NCBI RefSeq assembly: GCF_000196355.1
Contig: NC_007614.1
Coordinates: 1,710,001-1,742,000 of the forward strand
Origin: Nitrosospira multiformis ATCC 25196
GTDB taxonomy: Bacteria; Pseudomonadota; Gammaproteobacteria; Burkholderiales; Nitrosomonadaceae
Reading direction: 5' to 3'
DNA: 32,000 nucleotides
Shown here: piece after piece, positions 9,532-18,257 of the stretch
How the letters are laid out: every line of letters starts with the position of its first letter
Numbering within the stretch: the first letter of the stretch is position 1
The notes under the pieces: model-generated
What the model was told of the DNA's origin: nothing
What the model saw: the letters and a program-made list of their open reading frames with translations, nothing else
The model's database searches: none
Program-made: the position numbers and the translations under genes

Positions 9532-10719
9532 CTACTCAGACTGATATAGCTTGCTTCCTGTTCTTTCCTGCTCCTTCTCTTTCATGGCAGCATCTGCCTG
9601 CGCCTCCCCCGACGACGCTTTTTCCCCGGTGTGCGCCTCTTCCCCGATGTAAACATCCACCAGCTGACCGGGGTAGAGCCGGATATCCTTCGGTTTCCGA
9701 AACCGGAAAAGCACCGGCAAAACCCGGACGTCCACGCGCTCTGTCCGCCGGTTCGATAACTGAATCTTCGGTGAAACGTAGGGTTGCACACGGACGTATT
9801 CAAGCGTGATGCGAATCTTCGTGCCACGAATGAACATCTGGGCGTGCATTTTCGACGGATCGGGCAAGCGATGGACCAGGATTTCATCAACGTAGCATCG
9901 TACTGCAAGTTCGTTTTCCGGCTTTCCCATGACCAATACCGGATCCATCCCCGAAGTGTATGTTCCATAGATACCTTGCGGAGAAACGTAACTGCCTGTG
10001 GCAGCGCCGATCGACAAAATGACACCGTCAGCAGGCGCATAAACCGTATATTTTTTCAGCAACGCAAGCCCAGCCTGATAAGTATTCGACAAGGCGGCAT
10101 ACTGCCGCTCTTGATTGCGAATGTCATAGCTCCACGCGCCGGCCTTCGTCAACTGATAGTTACGGCTGGCAACCTCCAGGTTTGCCCGGGCGGCATTCAC
10201 CGCATTGATAGCATTGTCGAGAACATCCTTGCTTACCGAACGCGGGTCGAGATCATACGAAGCCTGCTGCTTCTGCAGCTGCGTTTCCGCCGTTCGAAGA
10301 TTAGCGGCTGCATAATCGAGCTGTGCCAGGGAAACATCCAGAACTTCCTTCCGGGGCTGGGCTTTCAGCTCTTCCAGAAGCGCGAGCGCAGCTTCGGCCT
10401 GGGAGCGCTGCTGCTCCACGGTTGCCCTCTGAATCGAATCATCCATTTTCAGCAACGGCTGCCCCTGCATTACGGCTTGCCCTTCCGCCACCATGATTTG
10501 CGTGACCACTCCTGCAACCTCGGGGTAAAGATTGATGTTTTCCCCCGTGGACTGGTAGCTCTCTATGATTCCGTTCGAATAAATTCCCTTTGCATAAGGA
10601 TTCTGTGCGGGATTGAAGACAGGAGGTTGAGGCTTCTTCTGCTGGCCAGCCAGAAATGCGCTCACGACCCCGGCCAGAATACCGAGGGCGGCAATAGGGA
10701 TCAGAATCTGATTTCTCAA
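9532..10719 (-). CDS. HlyD/DevB-family membrane fusion (periplasmic adaptor) protein
   Basis: N-terminal TM; NLYPEVAGVVTQIMVAEGQAVMQGQPLLKMDD lipoyl-like half; coiled coil; YTVYAPADGVILSIGAATGSYV. Its start overlaps the upstream ATPase stop by 4 nt. Confidence 0.9.
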   Translation of the reverse strand: MRNQILIPIAALGILAGVVSAFLAGQQKKPQPPVFNPAQNPYAKGIYSNGIIESYQSTGENINLYPEVAGVVTQIMVAEGQAVMQGQPLLKMDDSIQRATVEQQRSQAEAALALLEELKAQPRKEVLDVSLAQLDYAAANLRTAETQLQKQQASYDLDPRSVSKDVLDNAINAVNAARANLEVASRNYQLTKAGAWSYDIRNQERQYAALSNTYQAGLALLKKYTVYAPADGVILSIGAATGSYVSPQGIYGTYTSGMDPVLVMGKPENELAVRCYVDEILVHRLPDPSKMHAQMFIRGTKIRITLEYVRVQPYVSPKIQLSNRRTERVDVRVLPVLFRFRKPKDIRLYPGQLVDVYIGEEAHTGEKASSGEAQADAAMKEKEQERTGSKLYQSE

Positions 10720-11411
10720 TGATCTGCCCTTTTTTCAATCGCGACGGTCTTGCCATCCTCCATCCTCATCATTCTGTCCGCGTATTCGAAGATGCGGCTG
10801 TCGTGCGTGACGATCAGGATGCACCGGGATTCATTGAGTATACGGTTCTTCACGAATTCCATGATACGCCGACCGGTGTCTCCATCCAGCGACGCGGTAG
10901 GCTCATCGAAAATCAGCAGGTCGGGCTGGGCGACCAGGGCGCGGGCAATGGCGACCCGCTGCTGCTCGCCTCCGCTCAATTTAACCGGCGCGAGCTGAGC
11001 TTTGTTTTTGAGCCCGACGACATCAAGGTAATGTTCAGCCTCGCGGATGGATTCATTCCAGTCCTTTTTCTTCAGGATGAGGGGAATGGCAACGTTCTCA
11101 GCCGTGGTAAGGCGTGGAAACAGGTGATAGTCCTGGAATACGAACCCGACCTTGTTCAGGCGGAATTCGGCGATCTGATCCGGCGTGAGGCTCCAGATAT
11201 CGACGTGATCAACATTGACTGTTCCTGAATCCGGCCGCAGGATGCCGGAAATCATGCTCAACAACGTGGTTTTCCCGCTCCCGGACGGTCCAACCACAAA
11301 AAGGATCTCGCCAAAGTAGGCATCGAAGCTGACTTCTTTGACAGCGTAAGTCCGAAGATCGCCTTCGCCGAACCATTTGGTCAGTTCTTTGGCTGAAATT
11401 GCCGTATCCAC
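10716..11411 (-). CDS. ABC transporter ATP-binding protein (MacB/LolD/DevA-like)
   Basis: Walker A GPSGSGKT, signature LSGGEQQRVAIARAL, Walker B LLIFDEPTASLD. Confidence 0.95.
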   Translation of the reverse strand: MDTAISAKELTKWFGEGDLRTYAVKEVSFDAYFGEILFVVGPSGSGKTTLLSMISGILRPDSGTVNVDHVDIWSLTPDQIAEFRLNKVGFVFQDYHLFPRLTTAENVAIPLILKKKDWNESIREAEHYLDVVGLKNKAQLAPVKLSGGEQQRVAIARALVAQPDLLIFDEPTASLDGDTGRRIMEFVKNRILNESRCILIVTHDSRIFEYADRMMRMEDGKTVAIEKRADH

Positions 11412-11483
11412 AACGCCACCTCTACCGCAGGCCGAGCCTTGAATCGAGACTACCGGGAACGCTACCGCCGGCCCGGCTCGCGT

Positions 11484-12620
11484 TCAACCCCGGAAGATAT
11501 CGAAAGGCTCGATCTTCAGCACCTTTCTTATCCCAATATAGCTCGAAATCGCCGCAATGATCAGGACCATGACAAACGCAAAGGCAAGAGTGGTAAAAGT
11601 GACTGCAGCTGAATATTCCGGAACCCTGATCTTTGCCAGTACGATAATCAGGACACATAGACCGACTCCCAGCCCGTACCCCACCAGCGCAGTGAACATT
11701 GCCTGGAAAAGGATCATGTATATGAGCTCTCTCCCCTTGGCCCCCATGGCTTTCAGTGCGCCGAATTTTTCAAGGTTCTCAAGGATGAAGGTATAAAACG
11801 TCTGGCCGGAAATGGAGAGGCCAACCAGGAAACTCACCGCGGTCATGATAAGGATATTGGTGCCCAGGCCTGTCTGATATTTGTAGAAATTCGCGATCTT
11901 CTCCATGAATTCATCCTTCGTCAGCGCGAGATAGCCAAGGCGGCGGACTTCACTTTCAATATGCGTCACCGCCTCGGGAGTCTTCGGCTCAACGAGGATG
12001 TACGAAATTGTGAATCGCGGAGAGGGAATGTACTGGATTGCTTTGCTGTAAGTGGTATAGAGAGTCGGAAGGCCGAACAGTCCGCTTGCCCCCACCTTTG
12101 CAATTCCCACGATCACGCCGCGATGATCATTGAGCTCGAACTCGGTACCCACCGTGGGATGCCCAAGCTTGCGTACCTCAGCATCCTGAACCACGATGAA
12201 GGCGTTCTCGGCATAGATGTCTTCGATCTTGCCCGCGATCAATTCGGGGCGGCCGAAAAGACTATTGTCGTCCAACCCCAGGATGGTTACCGGCTGAAAA
12301 ATTCCGTTCCTCAGCTTGACCAGGGCAGCGCCTGAATACAGAGGGACGGCATAATTGACACCCTCAATGCTTCTCACTGCGTCGAGAACGTAGTCGGGGA
12401 GAGGGATGCTGCTGGCAACGTTATTAACAGCGGGGTCCATAACCCACATATCTGCTCCCAGATTAATGACGGTCGATGAGGATTTGATGAGAATGCCTGA
12501 AAATATGGAGGTCATCTGCACCATCAGGAAAACCGCGAAGGTGATCCCGACCAGCAAGGCCGCATATTTCCCTTTGTCATTGACAAGGAGTTTGAAAGCA
12601 ATTTTAAGGATTCCTTTCAC
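11484..12620 (-). CDS. ABC transporter permease (FtsX/DevC-like)
   Basis: Topology N-TM, large periplasmic domain, then 3 TM (ILIMTAVSFLVGLSISGQTFYTFILENLEKFGALKAMGA). The GTG at 12620 (MKGILKIAFKLL...) behind GAGAGAAG is a better start than 12671. Confidence 0.88.
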   Translation of the reverse strand: MKGILKIAFKLLVNDKGKYAALLVGITFAVFLMVQMTSIFSGILIKSSSTVINLGADMWVMDPAVNNVASSIPLPDYVLDAVRSIEGVNYAVPLYSGAALVKLRNGIFQPVTILGLDDNSLFGRPELIAGKIEDIYAENAFIVVQDAEVRKLGHPTVGTEFELNDHRGVIVGIAKVGASGLFGLPTLYTTYSKAIQYIPSPRFTISYILVEPKTPEAVTHIESEVRRLGYLALTKDEFMEKIANFYKYQTGLGTNILIMTAVSFLVGLSISGQTFYTFILENLEKFGALKAMGAKGRELIYMILFQAMFTALVGYGLGVGLCVLIIVLAKIRVPEYSAAVTFTTLAFAFVMVLIIAAISSYIGIRKVLKIEPFDIFRG

Positions 12621-12898
12621 GCTTCTCTCGCCGCACCTGCTTCTGCTATTTTCCCTCGTACAGGGGAACAACTTAGTTCATTTTAGTTCGCCCAGGCGAT
12701 AGTCACTGGAGATGGCGAAGATTCTTTCGTCCTTGATCTGTTTCCTCCTTCAGGAATCGCCAAAAATTGATTCCATTACGTCATAGGACTATTTGCATTG
12801 AGGCATACGGGGCAGGATTTAAGCCTTGAATGTAGTTACGGGCATCTGCTGCTCATGACGGACCGTTCCGCAGCGACGCAAACACTGAAACGGGCGGG

Positions 12899-13294
12899 TC
12901 AAGCAGGCAGCTGAACGATCTGCAGGGTATCGAGCTTTCCATCCGTCGTCTGTGAGCCGGTCAGAAGAACGACTTCGTCTCCCGGCCGCGCCAATCCCTG
13001 TACCTGCAACCAGGCCCCTGCTTTCGTTATCAGATTTCGGGGCTCAGCCGTAGCGTTGCATTCGGCGCATAAAAGCGGTGCAATCGCATGAGCCAGCGCC
13101 AGGCTGCGATATAGCATGGCAGAACCGGTGATCGCAACGATGGGCAGCTGCGGGCGGAAACGCGCGACTTCCAGCGCTGCCGCTACGGATTGAACGAAAA
13201 CAACCACAGCCCGCGCGCCCATACGAACTGCAAGTTCACATGCGGAAAAGCCAAGATTATCCTGTTTCGAGGCTGATATGCTCACAGAATGCAC
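12899..13294 (-). CDS. Pyruvate kinase C-terminal (alpha/beta) domain, separated from the N-terminal part by an apparent frameshift
   Basis: SISASKQDNLGFSACELAVRMGARAVVVFVQSVAAALEVARFRPQLPIVAITGSAMLYRSLAL resembles the PK C-terminal domain (A-x-x-x-A...RP..PI.A.T). The frame stays open upstream to 13348 and encodes RIPQLEDAGWYDRRALND. Confidence 0.8.
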   Translation of the reverse strand: MHSVSISASKQDNLGFSACELAVRMGARAVVVFVQSVAAALEVARFRPQLPIVAITGSAMLYRSLALAHAIAPLLCAECNATAEPRNLITKAGAWLQVQGLARPGDEVVLLTGSQTTDGKLDTLQIVQLPA

Positions 13295-13299
13295 ATCAT

Positions 13300-14406
13300 T
13301 CAGCGCACGCCTGTCATACCAGCCCGCATCTTCGAGTTGGGGGATCCGTTATGCCTTGCTTCAGTAGCGGCAATCACCCGCTGAAGAATCTTCACAGCGG
13401 TGACGGGAAACTGTCCGATTGCCGTTTCAGCGGAAAGCATTACCGCGTCCGTGCCATCCAGCACCGCATTGGCCACATCGGTTACCTCGGCACGTGTCGG
13501 ATGCTCGTACGCCACCATGGATTCGAGCATCTGGGTAGCGGTGATCACGGGACGTGCCCGAGCGTTCGCTACCGATATAATCCGCTTCTGTATCAGCGCA
13601 ATTTCGGCAAGATCGGTTTCCACACCCAAATCTCCCCGCGCCACCATTACCCCATCGGCTGCCTCCACAATCTCCTCCAGATTGACGAGTGCCTTGCGCT
13701 TTTCTATCTTTGCCATCACGAGCGGTGCACCAGTGGAAGGAAGCAACGCACGCACACGGTGGATCTCGTCAACGGACTGAACAAAGGAAATTCCTATCCA
13801 TTCCACCTGGCGGGCAAGCGCAAAGGCAAGATGCTGACGGTCATCGTCAGTCGGAACGAGCTCAAGCAGGGCGGATTCAGGAACATTGATACCGGAGCCG
13901 GAGCGCACGACACCGCCAATAAGAACTTCACACCGGACTCGGGGGGCGTTGAATCCAGACTGAGCTGTTGCACTGCTCTCTACACAAAGCTCGACCGAGC
14001 CGTCAGCCAGAAATACCCGTTCCCCTGCACGCAGCGCCTGGAGTAATTCGGGGTTGCGCACCGGCAACCTGATGCCGTCCATATCATCAGTAACCGCCTC
14101 TAGCGCCCTGCCCTCTTCCACAAGCGTAACGACAGCGCCTTCAGCCAGTCTGCAACAGTCATCGGCCAGATTGCCAAGACGAAACTTTGGACCGGGTAGA
14201 TCGACAAGAATAGCTACCGGTTGCCCAGCCTCACTTGCCGCCCGGCGAACTTGTTCGATGCGGCGGGAATGCGTGATGGAATCGCTATGCGAAGCATTGA
14301 CGCGAGCGACATCCATTCCTCCGCTGATCAGACCTTCGATAACTCCGGGTGCATCCGTTGCGGGACCCAGCGTACAAACAATCTTGGCTCGATGCCAGGG
14401 GGTCAT
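13300..14406 (-). CDS. pyk: Pyruvate kinase, N-terminal barrel and B domain
   Basis: KIVCTLGPAT, GGMDVARVNASHS, VMAKIEKRKALVNLEEIVEAADGVMVARGDLGVE, TQMLESMVAYEHPTRAEVTDVANAVLDGTDAVMLSAETAIGQFP. Confidence 0.9.
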   Translation of the reverse strand: MTPWHRAKIVCTLGPATDAPGVIEGLISGGMDVARVNASHSDSITHSRRIEQVRRAASEAGQPVAILVDLPGPKFRLGNLADDCCRLAEGAVVTLVEEGRALEAVTDDMDGIRLPVRNPELLQALRAGERVFLADGSVELCVESSATAQSGFNAPRVRCEVLIGGVVRSGSGINVPESALLELVPTDDDRQHLAFALARQVEWIGISFVQSVDEIHRVRALLPSTGAPLVMAKIEKRKALVNLEEIVEAADGVMVARGDLGVETDLAEIALIQKRIISVANARARPVITATQMLESMVAYEHPTRAEVTDVANAVLDGTDAVMLSAETAIGQFPVTAVKILQRVIAATEARHNGSPNSKMRAGMTGVR

Positions 14407-14443
14407 AGAAGGTACTCCAATCGATCGGGTTCCACTCGGTCAC

Positions 14444-14929
14444 CTAATGCGGTGTGCCTTTTGGCAGGATTTTGGGCACGAGATGTAAAATGACAAATGC
14501 AAGAAAAGCGCTGAGAACGGCCGAACCTTCCCGCCCTAAACCCGCCGCGATACCCACCGCAGCTGTCAGCCATACACCCGCCGCCGTTGTCAGCCCTTTT
14601 ATTGTTTCCTCATTGGCGCTTTTAAGAATGGTCCCGGCCCCCAGAAACCCGACACCCGTAATGACGCCTTGAATTACACGCGACACCTCTGCATCAGGCA
14701 TTTGCATTTGCTGGGGAACGAGCACGAAGATAGCCGCGCCGACGGCGACCAGCATGTGAGTGCGCACCCCCGCCGCCTTGCCGCTATGTTCGCGCTCCAG
14801 GCCCAGCAACGCTCCCAATATTGCAGCTATCGCCAAGCGCAGGATGACACGGGTAAATTCGACAGCAGTGGGCAGATCGGAGAACTCCACTATTATCGTT
14901 TTATATACTTCGAGCCACCATCCCTCCAT
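14444..14929 (-). CDS. MgtC/SapB family protein
   Basis: RLAIAAILGALLGLEREHSGKAAGVRTHMLVAVGAAIFVLVP...GVITGVGFLGAGTILK matches the MgtC/SapB family hallmark. Confidence 0.93.
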   Translation of the reverse strand: MEGWWLEVYKTIIVEFSDLPTAVEFTRVILRLAIAAILGALLGLEREHSGKAAGVRTHMLVAVGAAIFVLVPQQMQMPDAEVSRVIQGVITGVGFLGAGTILKSANEETIKGLTTAAGVWLTAAVGIAAGLGREGSAVLSAFLAFVILHLVPKILPKGTPH

Positions 14930-14955
14930 AACAGCTCCAAAAAGGATACCCAGGA

Positions 14956-16155
14956 CTACCGCCCCAGCATTTCACCCACGGGCTTGAGCGATTCGATCCG
15001 ATCGCAAACCACTTTTGCGACGGCCAATAGCGGCGCCCCCAGAAGCAAGCCGGCCACGCCCCACAGCCAGCCAAAAAATAACAGCACGATGAACAGCACC
15101 GCCTCATTCACTCGCGCGAATCTTCCCTGCAACCAAGTGCCGAACAACATTCCAATAGAGCCGGAAATCAAAACTGCTGTCGCAGCTATCGCGAGCGCAA
15201 GCGGAAGAGAACCAAATTGCAGCAAGCCTGCTATACCGCTTGCCAGCAGGATAGTCATCGTCCCGAGATAAGGAACAAAACGTAATATGCCGGCAGCGAC
15301 CCCCCACACTCCGGCGTGTTCCAATCCATACAATTCAAATGCCCACCAGGTGAGTACGGCGATCAAAGTATTCGATATGATCAAGACAAGCAGGTAGCGC
15401 TGGACCTGCAAATGTACTTCCTCCAGTATTCGAACCGCATCCTTTTTGCGTGTCAGAGATGGCCCGACCAGTTTTATGAGCTTGCGGCGAAAATGTGTCC
15501 CTGCTGCCAGCAGGAAATAGGTCAGCAGCAACACGACCGGCATTTGCGCGGCAAACGAGACCAGCAACGCGGATTGCTTGAGTAGAAAATCCTTGACCCA
15601 TGCGCCATCTTCCGCGTGGCTTGTAATAACCACTGCCGCCGCGGGCGATTTCAACCCTGCATCTACCGCCGCCTTCTCAAGCTCTTTCGCCGCTTTCTCG
15701 ACCTGCTGCAATACGCTTGGACCCTCGGATCGCAGCGTTCTCAGACTATGCCGCAATTTGTGCGCAACTTCAGGAAGTTTTTCAACTATAAGACTTGCAT
15801 CACCGCTCAAGGATAAGGTTACCCATGAAACGCCGCCAAGCAGGACAACAAGCACAAGCGCAGCCCCGAGTATGCGAGGGACGCGGCAGCGCTCGAGCCA
15901 ATCAACTACAGGACTTAACGCGTTACTCACGAGAACGCCGAACAACAAGGGAACAAAAAAGGTCTGCGCGAAATGCAGGCCTCCCAACAGCACGACCAGC
16001 GCGATTATCCAGAGTGCGATAGCTGTCCCAAAACGAGGTAGAGCGCGAGGTGCCGCGGCCTCCTCATCTATCGCCTGAGCGGAAGTGCCGGGAGGACCTT
16101 CTTCTGATTCCCCATCCAGTCTTTCAGGAAGCAGCTTTTCCGGCACAGCACTCAT
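14956..16155 (-). CDS. AI-2E family transporter (PerM-like permease)
   Basis: 399 aa multi-TM. FFVPLLFGVLVSNALSPVVDWLERCRVPR and LRFVPYLGTM...GTWLQGRFARVNEAVLFIVLLFFGWLWGVAGLLLGAPLLAVAK are typical. Confidence 0.9.
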   Translation of the reverse strand: MSAVPEKLLPERLDGESEEGPPGTSAQAIDEEAAAPRALPRFGTAIALWIIALVVLLGGLHFAQTFFVPLLFGVLVSNALSPVVDWLERCRVPRILGAALVLVVLLGGVSWVTLSLSGDASLIVEKLPEVAHKLRHSLRTLRSEGPSVLQQVEKAAKELEKAAVDAGLKSPAAAVVITSHAEDGAWVKDFLLKQSALLVSFAAQMPVVLLLTYFLLAAGTHFRRKLIKLVGPSLTRKKDAVRILEEVHLQVQRYLLVLIISNTLIAVLTWWAFELYGLEHAGVWGVAAGILRFVPYLGTMTILLASGIAGLLQFGSLPLALAIAATAVLISGSIGMLFGTWLQGRFARVNEAVLFIVLLFFGWLWGVAGLLLGAPLLAVAKVVCDRIESLKPVGEMLGR

Positions 16156-16368
16156 GATCCAGTTTGTTATTTATTTCAGATGAGAGAAACGTTAGCGCCA
16201 AATGTTGAGCAGGTATGGAAACGGTCTTCGAGCCACACGGCAAGCTTCCTGCTGGTTTTCCTGCTTTACAAAAAAGAAGTGCAAATGCCGGAAGTGCATA
16301 CGTCCTTCTTTCCACTGCAACTCCCGTCTTACATCAGAAACACGCCGTCATCCAATAAACATGCTCAG

Positions 16369-18066
16369 TCAGGAGCTGCACGACAAAGCGGAGCAGCCGG
16401 GCTTATTACGGGCCCACTCTGGACGTCTTGCCGCAAGATCCTCGTGCTCGGGCTGTTCGTCATAAGGGTGCTTCAGCATTTCCATCAACCGTATTATCAC
16501 GGAATCATCCCCCCGCTCCAGCGCTTCTATTGCCTGCTGAGCCAGATAGTTGCGTAGTACGTATTTCGGATTTGCACGGCTCATGCGATGGTAACGCAGG
16601 CCTTCAGGTTCCCCTTCCTGGCGCACCCTTGCGATATAGCGTCGCAGCCAGCCGGCCAGTCGTGTGAGGTGCGCATGGGAAAATGCCTGATGCGCGTCGT
16701 AAAATGCCGGGCGGAAAAGCTCGACCAGTCCATGATCATTCATTTGATCCACACTTTCCAGGTTCTCTGGAGCAGGGAAGGTTGTTGCCCTGTTTCCGGA
16801 GATCGGATTCAGAGGAATGTTCATCAGGCAGCGAAAGAACAATGTCATATCCGTCTCAACCTGTTGCAGCGTTTCGAATAGATCGCTCAAAAGCGAGTCA
16901 TCGTCGGAGTGTTCGAGTGAGGCCAACCCGAGCTTGGCGGCCAGCATGCCACTCCATGTGTTATTGAATGTTTCACCGAAGACTGCCAACCCATGCTCCA
17001 GCGCAGCATCATCTTCTATCAGGGGTGTCAACGCGCCAGCCAGGCGAGTCAGATTCCACTGCGCGATCTTGGGCTGGTTACCGTAGCAATAACGCCGCCC
17101 CTGTGCGTCAGTCGTATTAGGCGTCCAGTGCAGATCGAAACCTTCGAGCCACCCATAAGGACCATAGTCTATGGTCAGCCCCAATATGGACATATTGTCG
17201 GTATTCATCACGCCGTGGACGAAACCGACCCGCATCCAGTGGGCGACGAGGATACCTGTGCGGCGGCAAACCTCCTCGAACCATTTCGCATAAACTTCAG
17301 GTGGCCGATGGGACGAGGCCAGTTCCGGAAAATGTTCCCCTATCACGAAGTCGGCGAGCTGCCTGAGAAGTTCTGGCTCCTTCTGGGCCGCAAGTATCTC
17401 GAAATTGCCAAAGCGCAGGAACGAGGGCGAGACGCGGCAGACGATCGCGCCGGGTTCCGCCCCCGGATGTCCGTCGTAAAACATATCGCGTATCACCGCT
17501 TCCCCTGTCGCTACCAGGCTCAATGCCCGCGTAGTAGGCACCCCGAGGGAGTGCATCGCCTCACTGCACAGAAACTCGCGTACGGAAGAACGCAGGACCG
17601 CACGTCCATCCGCGGTGCGTGAATAGGGCGTTTTCCCTGCACCCTTGAGTTGTAGCTCGTAGCGCTTATCGTTGGGGCTGATCAACTCCCCCAGGGTGAT
17701 AGCGCGCCCGTCGCCAAGCTGCCCTGCCCAGTGCCCGAACTGGTGTCCGCCATAGCGTGCTGCATAAGGCTGCATGGACGGAAGGATTCTGTTACCGGCA
17801 AGCACTTCCACCGCTGGGGAAACGGGAGATGCCGGCCGGGCAATACCGAGCATTTCGCCGACTTCATCCGCCCAGGCGAGAAGTCGCGGTGAGCGGACAG
17901 GCGTAGGACTCACTTGTGTATAACCGGCATTGCGCACCTGACGGGGAACATTCCGGGTTTCCGGATCGCCTGGCAGCTGGCGCACAAAGCGGTTGTCGAA
18001 CCGAGCATCGAACAGATCCGGCAGCGTGACGATCGGCATACTCCTCTGAAGATTGCTTTGGCTCAT
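16369..18066 (-). CDS. selO: YdiU/SelO family protein adenylyltransferase (UPF0061)
   Basis: YGGHQFGHWAGQLGDGRAITLGE, KGAGKTPYSRTADGRAVLRSSVREFLCSEAMHSLGVPTTRAL, HGVMNTDNMSILGLTIDYGPYGWLEGF; C-terminus CSALSCSS. Confidence 0.95.
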   Translation of the reverse strand: MSQSNLQRSMPIVTLPDLFDARFDNRFVRQLPGDPETRNVPRQVRNAGYTQVSPTPVRSPRLLAWADEVGEMLGIARPASPVSPAVEVLAGNRILPSMQPYAARYGGHQFGHWAGQLGDGRAITLGELISPNDKRYELQLKGAGKTPYSRTADGRAVLRSSVREFLCSEAMHSLGVPTTRALSLVATGEAVIRDMFYDGHPGAEPGAIVCRVSPSFLRFGNFEILAAQKEPELLRQLADFVIGEHFPELASSHRPPEVYAKWFEEVCRRTGILVAHWMRVGFVHGVMNTDNMSILGLTIDYGPYGWLEGFDLHWTPNTTDAQGRRYCYGNQPKIAQWNLTRLAGALTPLIEDDAALEHGLAVFGETFNNTWSGMLAAKLGLASLEHSDDDSLLSDLFETLQQVETDMTLFFRCLMNIPLNPISGNRATTFPAPENLESVDQMNDHGLVELFRPAFYDAHQAFSHAHLTRLAGWLRRYIARVRQEGEPEGLRYHRMSRANPKYVLRNYLAQQAIEALERGDDSVIIRLMEMLKHPYDEQPEHEDLAARRPEWARNKPGCSALSCSS

Positions 18067-18154
18067 TTGTTTCCCTAATCTGGAAGCAGATTGACATCAA
18101 TGATTTGGCGGCTTCACAAGCAAGCTGCATAGACGGCCTCATTGCTATTACAGC

Positions 18155-18179
18155 TTCCCGCTTGTAAGCTTGCCGGGAA
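18155..18179. repeat. Small dyad TTCCCG-N13-CGGGAA upstream of the EgtB-like gene
   Basis: Read directly: ttcccg at 18155-18160 and cggga(a) at 18174-18179, within the divergent promoter region. Confidence 0.3.
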
Positions 18180-18257
18180 TAAAACCCTTTCATCCTGATT
18201 AGAACATCGAACTGTCCAAGTGTTCTGGGTTAGATCGCTATTCTCTGGAGGACCGCC

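Noticed and set aside
9784-10722. 312-aa ORF on + strand
   Set aside because: Antisense shadow of the HlyD-like adaptor, which has clear family motifs on the minus strand.
13240-14046. 268-aa ORF on + strand
   Set aside because: Antisense to pyruvate kinase; the coding strand has unambiguous PK motifs.
16993-17622. 209-aa ORF on + strand
   Set aside because: Antisense to SelO/YdiU.
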